Shown: piece after piece, positions 15,001 to 26,725 of the stretch
How positions within the stretch are numbered: the stretch's first letter is position 1
Layout: each line of letters opens with the position of its first letter
From: Antedon mediterranea
Taxonomy: Eukaryota > Animalia > Echinodermata
Direction: 5' to 3'
DNA: 64,000 nt
Assembly (NCBI RefSeq): GCF_964355755.1
Contig: NC_092679.1
Span: 4,060,201 to 4,124,200, forward strand
Notes under the pieces: generated by a model
What the model was told of the DNA's origin: nothing
What the model saw: only the letters and a program-made list of their open reading frames with translations
Databases searched by the model: none
Program-made: the position numbers and the translations under genes

Positions 15001-18000
15001 GAGTTGTGATAGCTTCCTTGACCATGCCAAGTTCATAAATTTGGAAGGGCGTAAATTCTCCTTAGAATGTTCTCACCCTCTATTATGTTAACGTAAAGAC
15101 TAGGATAACCTAAAGCTCTCTGTCTACACTATCAAACTAGTTTGACTAGTGATGTGCCCAAATATGGTAGTGATGTGCCCAAATATGGTAGTGATGTGCC
15201 CAAATATGGTAGTGATATTCCCAAATATTGTAGTGATTTGACATAATATGTCGATATATGTTCACATCATATTTTTATATAAATATAAATTTGTATACAT
15301 AAAATTTGATAGTGTAGACAAGGCTTAATAGTAGATAAACGTTAAGAAATGCAAAATTCTCCACATACTTTTATTATTTAATACTTAATTTTTTGTTAAT
15401 TATCTCATAGAACGAGCACAAAGTCTTGATGATACCCAGTCGCCTGGAACCGAACGTCGTGGCAGCAGGGGTCTGATGTCTCGGATACGCAGTCGCTCAC
15501 GTGAGATACTCGATGATCTCAAATACAATTCTGCATCAAATTTATCGAAAATGGACCAATCGGAAGGGCAAATGGTAGGTAAACGTCCCAAGTGGTACAC
15601 AGTCGATGCTGACCATTCATTCTGATTTGGTGTATGACTTTAAATTGTCATCCCAAACAATAGGTGGTGCTATTTAGATATAGTTCTACCCAACAATAGG
15701 TGGCACCATTTAAATTGTTCTGATTACAAATAATTAACCTGTTATGTATGAATGATTTGTTTATAACAAAGTAGATATATCCAGGAGTTGTCTAGACACT
15801 TTTTTAATTTTTGATAGATCTATGTTTTACTGTATATTTCTGTGTTGCTTTGGTGTTGTAAGCATAAACATTTTAAAGTGTTTGTTGGGATTACTGTATT
15901 TGACCTAGTATACAGTCAACTCTCCCAATACCGGACTCTCTGAAAACCAGAAACTCTCCCAATACCAGACTTTTTTTGAGGACCAAAAGGTCCCAAATTT
16001 ATATTTACCATTAAAAACACATTCCGAATACCAGACTTTCCGGAAAACCAGACTTATTTGGCCGGCCCAAAGGTGTCCGGTATTGGGAGAGTTGACTGTA
16101 ATACCATACACTCAAACATTACCCGTCCCACCCTGATTTAAGTTTGGTTGCTGACTCTACACTTGAGACTTAACTCATATACTGTCAACTCAACTAAAAA
16201 GCTGTCAATATCTAAGTATAGTTTAGCCCCCCTCCCCCCCCCCCCTTCTTGCCTGGACGGGCCAAATATAGAATATACTGAGTCAAATATAGTATGTTTT
16301 TTAATTTTGCTTTTTTTAATGTCATATTTAAGTGTTGTTGCTTGCTTCGTAGTTTTACTGAGCACTATTCATGTTTGCTGTGGTATAAATTAAGTTTTTT
16401 TTTACTTTCATATGATTTTTTTTCTGGTAAAAGTTTCCATTTTACTCACACATTTAAGGTTTGATTAATAGTTCATTGGGTGATTGAACCAAATTTAGAT
16501 TTTTTTCTTTCACTACCTTGATACGTGGCACCTTGAAGTCAGGTTGCCCTTGTTATCTTTCATCCAATACTGATCTTTTTTTTCAATATATAACTATCAA
16601 CCAATACAGCACACATTTTGTTTTAAAAAAAATAAGTATTATTGATCTTATGTGTATAAACACCTAACAAATTCATTAAACAAACAAAATTTAATTGTTT
16701 AATTGATATATTTATAATTAATATAATTATTTAATAAGTTGTAATTATATTTACAGGTTTACCATGTATGATGTTGTATGGTTTTAGTAAGAATTATTAT
16801 TTTTACAACGCTGCACTTTATTTTGCACAGGCAATATTTATTTTTGCAATTTATGCAACCATTTTTTATTTGCTGTGAATTAATATTTAAAGAATATGTG
16901 GCGTGACATAGAAATTATTAGATTAAATATTAGCATTATTTGACAATTTATTATTTAAAAATTTGAGTTTTATTACATTAAATTAGGATAAATTTAGTCA
17001 AATAAATGTTTATTTTTAGATTATATTTTATAGATATATTCTTGCGCAAACCAAAACTGCTACATTAGTTTTAGTTATTAAATACAATTAAAAGATAGGC
17101 TAAATGTGTAAAATGTGATCTATTTTCAGTCCCTTTGTTGCTGTTCTTGATAGTTTGGTATGTTACAAAAAAGTATGATTATGCATTAGTATATGATGCA
17201 TTAGTATATAATGCATTAGTATATGATGCATTAGTATAATGGTGCATTAGTATATAATGCATTAGTATGAAAGAAATAACAAACATTTTGAGAATACCTA
17301 CTAAAATCCTGTTGGACAAAAGAATGAGAAATGCTTAACTTATCTGTCTACACTATCAAACTAGTTTGACCAAAAAAAAGTGTTATGTGCCCAAATATGG
17401 TAGTGATATGACATAATTATGTCCATATATGGGCACATCACATTTTTTTGTCACATAGAGTTTTATAGTGTAGACAGAGGTTTAGAAAAACAATGCATTC
17501 ATGCTATGAACTTAATGGTTTATTTTGTTTTTTATAAGAGAGTTAACGTCTTAGTTGCGTATGTTATGAAGTTTATTTTATAAAGATTGTTTTTTTTTTT
17601 TTTTTTTTCATGCTAGCTTTAACATGCATTTAACTAACACTTTGTTTCGGTTTTGTGTCTACACTGGCATATCAAGATTATTACTTTAAAACCCCTTTTG
17701 GCACTTAGTCTTGCACCTGAGAAAGATAACTACATAATAAGCCATTCTGGGGGGAAAAGGCTCTTATACATAAAGCCCCCATTGATGTTTGCACAACCTA
17801 ATATTCAACCTAGTGCCTAGTGGGTGCAGAGATGATCTGATTTGGTAGTGAATTCCATTTATCCACGATTTTGATTCTGTTCAATTTGAGTTCTTGATCT
17901 TGATGTGCCACTGTCTGTCATTCATTGCATCATTTTACTATTTGTTGTTTTTCTTTGCATTGCTTTTATTGTTTAATGTTGCATGTTGTTGGCTTTTGCT

Positions 18001-18999
18001 TTCTTAAGGAGATGGATGCTTTTAATATTTTCTGTCATCTAATTTCACACTATCATGCACTGTTTGATGGCCTAATAATATAGTTTTAATATTAGGGGAA
18101 CAAACTATCCATCCATCCACCATCATTCTATCTTGCAGTCTCTTCCAATTGGAGAACCGTTCATGACTTCGACTCTTGTGCAACCAGAAGAGGCAACATC
18201 ACGATCAGCAGTTGCTGCGTATACCACTAGTCTTAACAGTCGCTACTCTGATCGTGTAGATCTTGACACGACGCCGCCGGTCTCGTTGGATAAACACATA
18301 AACGTTGTGTCTGATGTTGTGTATGATGAGGATCCCATCGATGTTGTCAATGGAGACTTCAATTCATTTCGCAATAGTAGACATAATCCTGGGTATAATT
18401 CTCCTACTCATATTAACAGTCCTCAAGGGCCATCGGCTTCAACACCAAGATCTAATAATCTGAATCCATCTGTATATGCTGCTATTCCATATCACAAGCT
18501 GACACCCACTGATAGAACAACACCCCCAACCATCACTAAAAAGACGCCCCCTGTCGGGCATAAAGTAATACATCCAAAGCCACGATATCCACAGAATCTT
18601 CAATCTCCAAAATTAGGAGGCTCTCCGCAAGAGAGTTCACCGCGAGACCCTGTTAATATTCCAGTCGATCCTATGAATGTGTCCTCGACCAGGTCGCCGC
18701 GAGATAGGGTCAGACAGCCTCCGATTGGTCGTACTAAATCAAATAACTTCACTTCCGAACATTCCCACTCGCTAACGAGAAAAAACAGTCTCCCTAAACA
18801 TGTTTATGAAAAACCGGCGAAGATCTATGGATCGGAGTCGAATCTTGCAATTAACTCAACAAAGACGACACCTGGTGATGGTAAAAACAAGGGGAAGCTT
18901 CCAACAAATGGCCAAGAGGCCGCCGACGCAACAGATAGTACTAAAGACGACGCGGCGAAGAAAGAGAACTCTATTTGGTACGAATACGGATGTGTCTAA
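61..18999 (+). CDS. CCDC88C: Girdin/Daple (CCDC88 family) coiled-coil protein, 3' part; the 5' end lies outside the window
   Basis: Phase-compatible exons read by eye: 61-188, 442-531, 4105-4242, 4756-4831, 5155-5804, 6090-6195, 6334-6479, 6704-6793, 8517-8562, 9033-9189, 10287-10442, 11448-11534, 12864-12971, 15411-15574, 18139-18999. Long heptad coiled coil, the family-typical LEEENKKLMEQL...QNQELL and LRRQKEKLEEKIMDQYK segments, a low-complexity tail, and the Daple-type C-terminal PDZ-binding motif WYEYGCV*. Confidence 0.9.
2340..3917 (+). mobile_element. Non-autonomous Helentron-associated element (HINE/DINE-1-like)
   Basis: The 5' end has subTIR AGTTATCCGCT plus an adjacent inverted copy (AGCGGATAACT). 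The 3' end has subTIR AGCGGATAACT, the hairpin AACTCGTCA-aag-TGACGAGTT and a terminal CTAGT. T-rich (TTATT) flanks, no TSD. Interior is CpG-richer than the intron and carries a degenerate duplication (~3060-3330 / ~3415-3680). Confidence 0.7.
5849..6009. mobile_element. Harbinger/Tourist-like MITE family A, representative copy
   Basis: TIRs AGCTCTGTCTACACTATCAAAC...GTTTGATAGTGTAGACAGAGCT with TTA/TAA flanks; internal 20-bp unit GATATGCCCAAATATGGTAGT. Other copies at ~9663-9782 (partial), 10002-10125, 12294-12429, 15114-15325, 17337-17482, 22463-22597, 32377-32531, 33143-33282 and 56288-56413. Confidence 0.8.
8139..8317. mobile_element. Harbinger-like MITE family B
   Basis: AGCGTGGTTCACACTAG...CTAGTGGGAACCAAGCT with TTA on both sides. 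Internal inverted GGACGTAACGCAACGCAAG. Degenerate relatives at ~12050-12198 and ~21688-21900. Confidence 0.7.
8617..8921 (+). repeat. 24-bp minisatellite grown from a tRNA/SINE-like head
   Basis: About 11 units of TTCAATCCTGACCTAGTGTCAAGG, preceded by an A-box-like TAGCTTGGTGG. Each unit carries a B-box-like GGTTCAATCC. Explains ORF 8679-9011. Confidence 0.7.
13965..14147. mobile_element. MITE (Harbinger-like), family C
   Basis: TIR GGCCTTTCACACCTGT...ACAGGTGTGAAAGGCC with inner TTCCAGC...GCTGGAA and GCCGG symmetry; the left flank is TAA. Confidence 0.6.
15913..16098. mobile_element. Tc1/mariner-type (Stowaway-like) MITE
   Basis: TA|CAGTCAACTCTCCCAATACCGGAC...GTCCGGTATTGGGAGAGTTGACTG|TA: 24-bp perfect TIR and TA duplication. 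Confidence 0.85.
17180..17268. repeat. 16-bp tandem repeat (ATGCATTAGTATATG/A)
   Basis: About 5.5 consecutive copies in a CCDC88 intron. Confidence 0.85.
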
Positions 19000-21083
19000 A
19001 ACTTTAATTGGAATTTATAAATTGGATTTTGTATATTGTGGCCAGACTGATCAATATGTGTATATATTTGGTAGAATATGAGATTATAGATTTATTAATG
19101 ATAATGTTTCCAGCCTTTTTTTAAAGCTTTATTTTAAAAAATGTGTGTAACTGTTTAATGTGGATATTGAAGATGTGTTTATTCGGTGCTTCTTCCCGCC
19201 ATTCTCAATTACAGATGTCAATGGATTACTCTGTATCTTTCAATTAATAATCAATCAATTAATTTATTATGTGATAACTAATAAAATTCAACTATTGGAA
19301 ATAGTACAATAGATTTTAAAATTGTCTTTGGAACAATTAATTAAATAGGTATTCAAATTTCAAATTAAAATATTTTATTGTTGCATTGCTAATGCTGGTT
19401 AGACAAGAAAAGAATTGTTTTTATACATTTGACAAACAGAAGATGCTAAAAAGAATAATATTTGCAATCCATGCATTTTCATTTATATGTAATCACCATT
19501 TTATGTTGCACTTTTCACTGGTTATGGCTTTCATTACGAACCACGCTGGTTCCATATTTTATTCTATCCACTGTGCTTTGGTACATGCTGCTATACTAAA
19601 ATCACAAGAAGGTAAATGGTATTTTAAACCAAATAGCATGAAAGAAAAAGTAAAATGGTTATTGCAAGTGGCAATTATTGTACTGTATTATAAGGTCATA
19701 GGTAAAAGCATAGCGCTTTTGGTACATTGCTCGCTTGCTATAGTCATAAGATATCAGAATGGTGCTAAATGCTTTTTGTAAAGTCCCACAAGAATGGATA
19801 GATGACTTAAGAGATACAACACATTAACTATAACTTCCTACAGGTCAAAGGTCAAAGAAAACATTATAGTAGACACGTGACACCCTTTTTACAGTAACGT
19901 TTGTAAATACACAATTGAAGTACTAAATCTAACAAACCAATAACGGTTGCTTAAATTAATTTAACATATTGTCAGATGACATAAATAATTCCATTGAATA
20001 ATTGTTTTTGACTATAGTCCTATTAGGATGTATTATTAGACTGTATACAGTCAATTCTTTCTCATTTTATGAACACTATTGGGATTGAGGTGTACCTAAA
20101 TAAGAAATGTACATTTTTAATTATCCATTATTGTTCTTTGTAAAATACATTTAATGTCAGATTTAAAGATTTTATTTTGTAACATCACATCACATGTGTG
20201 TTTATATTTGTTTTGAATGCTAATGGCATTATAATTGTAAATAAATAATAGGCTTTGTAAATTAAAATTACAGTAGACTAAGGGACAATGTCAAACCTTT
20301 TCTACTGCAGTTACTCCAGTAAGTGCATTTGTTTACACTGTTTATGTATTCATTTTTGTGTGGTAATCAAACACATGGTTTATTACAGTGACTCCCTTAT
20401 AAACCTGAATTAAAAGAGATGTAATTACTCCAGTAACTGCAGTAGAAGATGGTCCTTCAATAAATCGTTAATTATGCTTTCTGTAAAAATGGAAGGAGTA
20501 AGGTTGCATGTTTAATTGTTATGTTTGTACTAAGTACTAAAAGTTTGTTTTCCTGATCAGATCCATGCCTCTTATACCGATACCGTGAAATAATATAGGA
20601 TAGGAAATAATCTAGCTACCGGATTGCTGTATTTTGTTTTCCTTCATGAGAATTTTCCAACCATATTTCCTAGCATTCGTTCGCTGTTTTCATAGACCTT
20701 TTGTAGCACATGCGCACTATCAAGTATGTATCAAAAAACTGTATACAAGTGTAAATCTGGTATTATTTTCGAATGATATATATTTTTGTGTTAGTCTAGT
20801 GTGATGCTTAGCATGGGTGATTTCAGTAGTTAAGTTAATTAGGGGTCTGGTAAACCAATGCAACGTGTGTGCCTTCCTATCCCAAGTATTTGTGTAATTT
20901 AAAGTGTAGTTTTGTTCTTTGTTTTCAGTGTTATTATTTTGTACAGTAATATAGCAATGATGTGGTATATCTTATTGTATATTTACTAGAAAATGATTTT
21001 AATTGGTTGTATATTTTGTTCTTTCTTTTATAAATTAATTACTTTCCGGTACTTTGCTTTGCATATTTTTGTTTTGAAGCCGA

Positions 21084-21089
21084 AATAAA
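21084..21089 (+). terminator. Candidate polyadenylation signal of CCDC88 (3'UTR of about 2 kb)
   Basis: AATAAA preceded by U-rich sequence and followed by T-rich sequence, just before the convergent gene. Confidence 0.35.
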
Positions 21090-21434
21090 TGAAATGACAT
21101 CCACTTTGACACTATTAAATTTCTTTTTATTTTTGTGCATTCCTTTCTAACGAAATCTCACGAAATTTCTTGAAAACGTGATTTTCAACTGATCCAACGC
21201 TTTGATCCAACTGGTTTCGTGGCGTTTAAAAGTATCCAGTTTTCCCAACAAGGTATTTCATATTAAGTAAATTTGATTTGAATCAGAACTCCTTTTATTT
21301 TCGTGTCTTCCTTTTCTAATGAATGATTTGATTTTTTTGCATGGCGTGTTTTCCCAACAAGCTATTTTATATGCAGTTAATTTGATTTGAATCGGAACTC
21401 TACAAGACACGTACTTTATTTGACTTCATCCGTT

Positions 21435-24400
21435 TTATATATTGATAATCATCTTTCTTAACGATTCCGTAACTTTCGTAGACTGTGGATACCCGACGTT
21501 CCTTCTCTGATAACGCTCGTGTATTGGACATGACCTCATCATCACAAGCAACGAAGCCAACATTCGACAACCTTGATCGTACTCGGTTTTTATTTGGAAA
21601 TCCAGTCTCGCATCAAGATCATTCGCTGATAGAGCTGCAATGGAACATATTTATTGTTTCAAACATTTAAATTATTACACCATATATAGCTTGGTAATTC
21701 TTGGTTCGCACTAGAAACGCTCGCAACGTTATTCAAATTGTCGCTCGTCATTGGTCAACTTGCTGGCGTTGCATCTACGTCCTGTGCGTTGCGTCTCTAT
21801 GACGCAACGCAAGGATCGCAAACCCAAACCACACAAACCATGGATCATGTGGTCAACTCACCACCTGCGTTTTATTTACCGTGTCCTTGCGCTGCGCTCA
21901 AACAATACCAAAACATTAAATATTAAATAACATTGTCGATTTAAATCGCAACGGTCATTTTAAATTCGAAACATTTACATACCTGTGAATGTTACTCTTT
22001 TTGATGCTTTTTTAACACATTCAACAAACTTTATCACATTGTCCTGTGTCAGCAATACAGCATAGTCAAGTGTCTGGTATTCAACATGTAAAGCGCTTCC
22101 ATGGTGTTCCATGTATGGCGTTCGCTCTACCTTGATATTTTGCACTGCAAAGACCACAGACACAAGTCATTGTTTCAAACAATTGTGTTTGTATAGCAAG
22201 GATGAAGGTATACAGCAACGTTCGAGGTACATTTCAGAAATATAGGGCCTATATAAGGCGCCTTTCCAGAATATTTAGAAACCATTATACAATCTGACGA
22301 TCTTCATTTTTGCTGAGATATTGTTGTCTCAGGTTTTTGCAAAATGAAAGGAAAATACTATACATTCCTTTTATTTTGTTCTTGGTCTTTCGGACCTCGT
22401 ACAAATTACCTACAATAGGCTAAACATTTACAGTACAACCCTCACTTGAGACATCTCAATAAAGCTCTGTCTACACTATCAAACTTTGTGACAAAAAATG
22501 TAATGTGTTCATAAATGGATATGATGATGTCATATCACTACCATATCTGGGAATATCACTACCATATATGGGCACCTCACACTTTTGTTTGTCAAACTTT
22601 AGGGAACACTTTCCCGTGAAACAAACGAGTTTTAATATTAGGTCTATATCAATTCAGTGGAGCTATTATTGGGTTCCATTGTATTTACACTACCTTTCGT
22701 AAAGAGTTTTGCCTTGATGTTGCTCATAAAACTATTAGAAGACGTTTCTGGAACCAGAACCAATACTCCCATCTTCAACATTTCCATAACTTGTAGTAAC
22801 AACAGCAGTTCTTCATTGATCTCTCTATTTGTGAGTTGAACGACATTTTCGTCAACTAAAACAGCAACTTTCAATGAGTGTGATAAAAGCATTGCAGATT
22901 TCAAGACTTGGTCTGGGTTTGCGGTTTTATTATTGCCTATCATAAAAACAAAACTTTAATAAATATCAACAGTTTTTCATAATTAAAACATTAAAGTTCA
23001 TTAATATATAAGCGCAATCTCACGATGAGCCATAAACGTTAGAACGCGGGGTAGTTACTCATAATGTGGGTTAGCCAAATTTAATCTAGGATATTTTATA
23101 AGTGAAACATCACAGAGTAGGTCGAGTACTGTATTTTAGATCTCATAATACTCGCCTAAAAAATCCTTTATTTCGTCAAGTTTGGACTTCGATATTATGC
23201 TTGCAAAGAATGGGTCTTTTTGAATTTCAATGACTTCAACAGTAATATCGTCAGCCAAGTCGTCTTTTTCTGTTGGTATGTCAGTGACCATCAAACAGTT
23301 AACAGCTTGGGTGATCCCAAGTTCCACACCTGAAAATAAAAATATCGTTCTATAGTTTGAAAGAACAATTTACTATAACTTCAGTAATTTGCAGTTGAAT
23401 ACGTACAATTATTGATATATTGATAAGATCATATTACCACACCTTTAAATAGAAATATCTTTCTATAGTTTGAAAGAACAATTTACTATTTAACTGCAGC
23501 AATTTGCCGTTTTGAATACGTACAATTATTGATATATTAATATGACCATATTACCACAATTCTTAATTGCCGGTATGCCTGTTGCACCGCAGGACCAGAA
23601 GACTGGCACCTCGTCGTCTTCAAATGCTAACGTTTCTCCATGGTCTGGTTTGTTAATGTCAACTCCAATCATACCTGAAAACAATTACTGATGCTTGGCG
23701 ATTTATGTGATTTATCATCAGGGAGGAGTTGAGATTACAAATACAGTAAGCTCTTTCCTCTGGACTTGCGTGAGTCGTTCTTTCTTAACTTACAAAACAC
23801 GAAGGCATTGACAATAATAATCGCTCCTTTTACAAGTTTCGTGTGTGAATGTTTAATCTTAGAAACTCCTCAGCTCCGCCCATTTTGCAAAATGTAAATG
23901 CGCATGCGTAATTATTCAAAAAACTTTCTTGCGATGACGTTGTGTTACCGAAAAGTCGACATTTATATCTGAAACTTCATTGTATTACCTCAATTAATTC
24001 AGAACATAAAAAGACCTTGACGACAGATAAGCCTGAATTTTTGGAAACCCAATTTTGTCATCATCCCCCCCCCCCCCCACCAAACAGTCATACTTACCCG
24101 GATCTCCGATATGCATAGGTGCTCCATGGTATTTTGTCATTGGTAACGTCACCTTTGTCACAAGTTGTAACTGTTGCTTAGGAATTGGACGCATACTTGA
24201 AAACTGTTGGATGTTGTTGAATACGCCATACGGAGCACATTGGACGTTTGTCTGGTAGGGAAAAAGGTATACTTCCATTGCATTTCTTATAGCAGCCTGC
24301 TTCTCTACCGATAGGTGGCATTTTTCATTATAGTCATGTACTGGCTTTACTCATTTAGGCCTCCCTAGGCCTACTACCTTCCCTCATCACTATTTTGATT

Positions 24401-26217
24401 TAAGTGTGTTCGATCTGAATATTAATTATTTATTAAATTATATTTAATACTAATAGTAGGTGATGTTGAGAGTAGCCAATTTTTTACCATTTTATTTATT
24501 ATATAGAGAAGGTTAAAGAAAATTAGAATATTCAAATCATGCAATCCGCGATTTGGCACAAACTTTTCTCTGGAGAGACAGTGGTCACGTGTACTTTCAT
24601 CACATATAGTACGCGGGAAGGCTGGCGGGGGGGGGGGGGGGGAGAAAATAGGCAGACGATCAAGCGAGCTGTCGTCGTGATGTAGTGGGAGGGCGGGGCT
24701 ATATTGCAGTGACTTTTCAGTGGAATATATTTCGTTAAAATTACCGATGATGTTTTTAAGGTATGTTGAACTTAATTATTATTATTGTTGGTAATATTTG
24801 CAGTACTAAGTACGGGAAATCTCATTTTCGTATCTATAAAAAGTGATGTACTGTGTTAGTCAGGCCTGGCCCCGTGTGTCGATCCTCCGCGCCGTGGCAC
24901 TCCACTGGTGGTCTGGAGGCCAACCGATCTGTTACATGCTACATCACTTCATTGTTGTAACGGCGTGAGGCTCAGGGCTTGCCCGGCCGCGCGCTGCCCG
25001 GCCTATGGACACTCTGAGACGGATGTACAGTAGTAGGTCTAGGCTGATGGAGTTTTTAAAACTACCTATTTTGTATATTTCCTATTTTATATAATAATTG
25101 TTTATTATGATTAGTATACACGAGTATTTTTTATTGATGCATGGAAAAAATGGATAGATTGAAAAATTGTGTAGGCCTAGCCTGGGCTAGGCCTCTATGC
25201 CTAGGCCTAGATTGAATGTTGGTGGCGCATATTTCACAGAACAAATGCTTTGAGGATCCAACAAGGTAGTACATTATAAATATTTCAAATTATATTTATG
25301 CATAGTATTAGGTTAGGTTTTGATATTAGTTATTAATATTATTGCTTATCATTAGTCAAATTTAGTGAATTATTGTAAAACCTAATTGCAGATGTATACA
25401 AATATTTTAACAAATAAATGACCCCAACAGAACTCATCCATAGCAGAGAATTATTATTATAATTGAAACACAACTTACAAGATATAACGGAGTACTACGC
25501 TTTTGTTGTAAAGCACGGAGTGGAAGCCCAGCGTCTAAATATTCCTTTTCAAATGAATAGCTACAGCCCATATAGAAAGATACATGCTGGCGAATACGGT
25601 CATTGTACTTCATGAGGTCTCCAACCATTCCGCATGTTTCACCTTTCTCTATTAATTCATAAGCTCCCAAATCGGTTCTTTTGTTGAGAAAGAGAACGGT
25701 GATCCAGGACGAAGAAAAAGAAGTGGATGGGAAACGAATAAATTAACGACTTAATATAAATATATGTACAGTATATAAATATATGTGCAAGACACAATAC
25801 AATATCAAAATATACCTCACATCAATGTCAACACCCAGCGGTGGCGCTGTAAACTGGCCTGGATCAGATTTGAATAGAAGGGGCATTGGACCTCGATTAG
25901 CTCGACAAAAGCCTTCAAAGTCTTCAGCAACACTATCCGGTAACATTGTAAGATTAACCTGTGTGAAACCTGTGCATAAAATTTGTTGCAGTACATTTAA
26001 ATATAAAGGTTGACTGTCCACTTAATCGTTCCCACTACCAACCCACTCAGATTCAATTATCTTTGTGAAGGGGGTCTATCAATAATAATATACCTCGGTC
26101 GAGGTGTGTTCCTTTCAACATTAATAACCAGACTTGCTTACCCGGACAAGTTCCCGATGTATCTACCAAAAACCCCTTGCCATCACGGATCTTTTTTCGT
26201 ACATGTCTAGGCTCCAT
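21435..26217 (-). CDS. DGLUCY: D-glutamate cyclase-like protein (DUF1445 domain plus degenerate C-terminal DUF4392-like domain)
   Basis: Exons 26142-26217, 25816-25969, 25479-25677, 24098-24251, 23555-23674, 23156-23329, 22694-22936, 21983-22144, 21435-21634. Motifs [63 protein letters not shown]; C-terminal LKSAMLLSH and [13 protein letters not shown]. Confidence 0.85.
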
Positions 26218-26725
26218 TATAATTCAGGATATGGATTTAAGCAATGGTCAAATATCAAATGATCTGGACTTTGGATCTTGAACTCAATTTAAAGGAGACC
26301 CTTTCAACACACAACACAATATAATCAAATATAAATATTTAAATATTCTTCAAATTAAGGCAGAGGCAACACGTCTTAAATATTCCAACTTTGGGAGAAA
26401 TAAATCACTTCAAGTAGATGTTTGTGTTCCGATAGTTTGAGCAGAGACTCTGAACAAGCAATGCTAGGAGCCTGATTTTGCAATTTGTGTCGATGTTGTG
26501 CAGGATGGTTGTACCGTAGTGCAGTAGGAGTGTCAATAAATTGTAGGTCAATGAAGCGAGTCGATTGAACATATTACATAATATACAGTATAAATTATAT
26601 TGCAAGTTATTTATTCGGCATTCTATATGGATACATTTCACATTCGATTTTGAGTATGCCTACAGAGACCTAATAATAATTTATATATTCCGGTACTTCC
26701 AAGTAGTGGATCCGATCAAAGTTTT

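Noticed and set aside
19386-19781. 131-aa hydrophobic ORF
   Set aside because: Lies in the AT-rich CCDC88 3'UTR, has a non-ATG start and no recognisable motif.
19841-19856. AGGTCAAAGGTCA (DR1 nuclear-receptor site), also inverted at 7921
   Set aside because: A short motif with no supporting context; function cannot be inferred from sequence alone.
20300-20447. 15-bp inverted repeat TTCTACTGCAGTTAC / GTAACTGCAGTAGAA in the 3'UTR
   Set aside because: Likely an old MITE (related sequence at ~236-258); too degenerate to call a structured RNA.
24500-25210. GC-rich patch with AGGCCT repeats in a DGLUCY intron
   Set aside because: Probably a transposon remnant, but I could not define TIRs, a TSD or an ORF.
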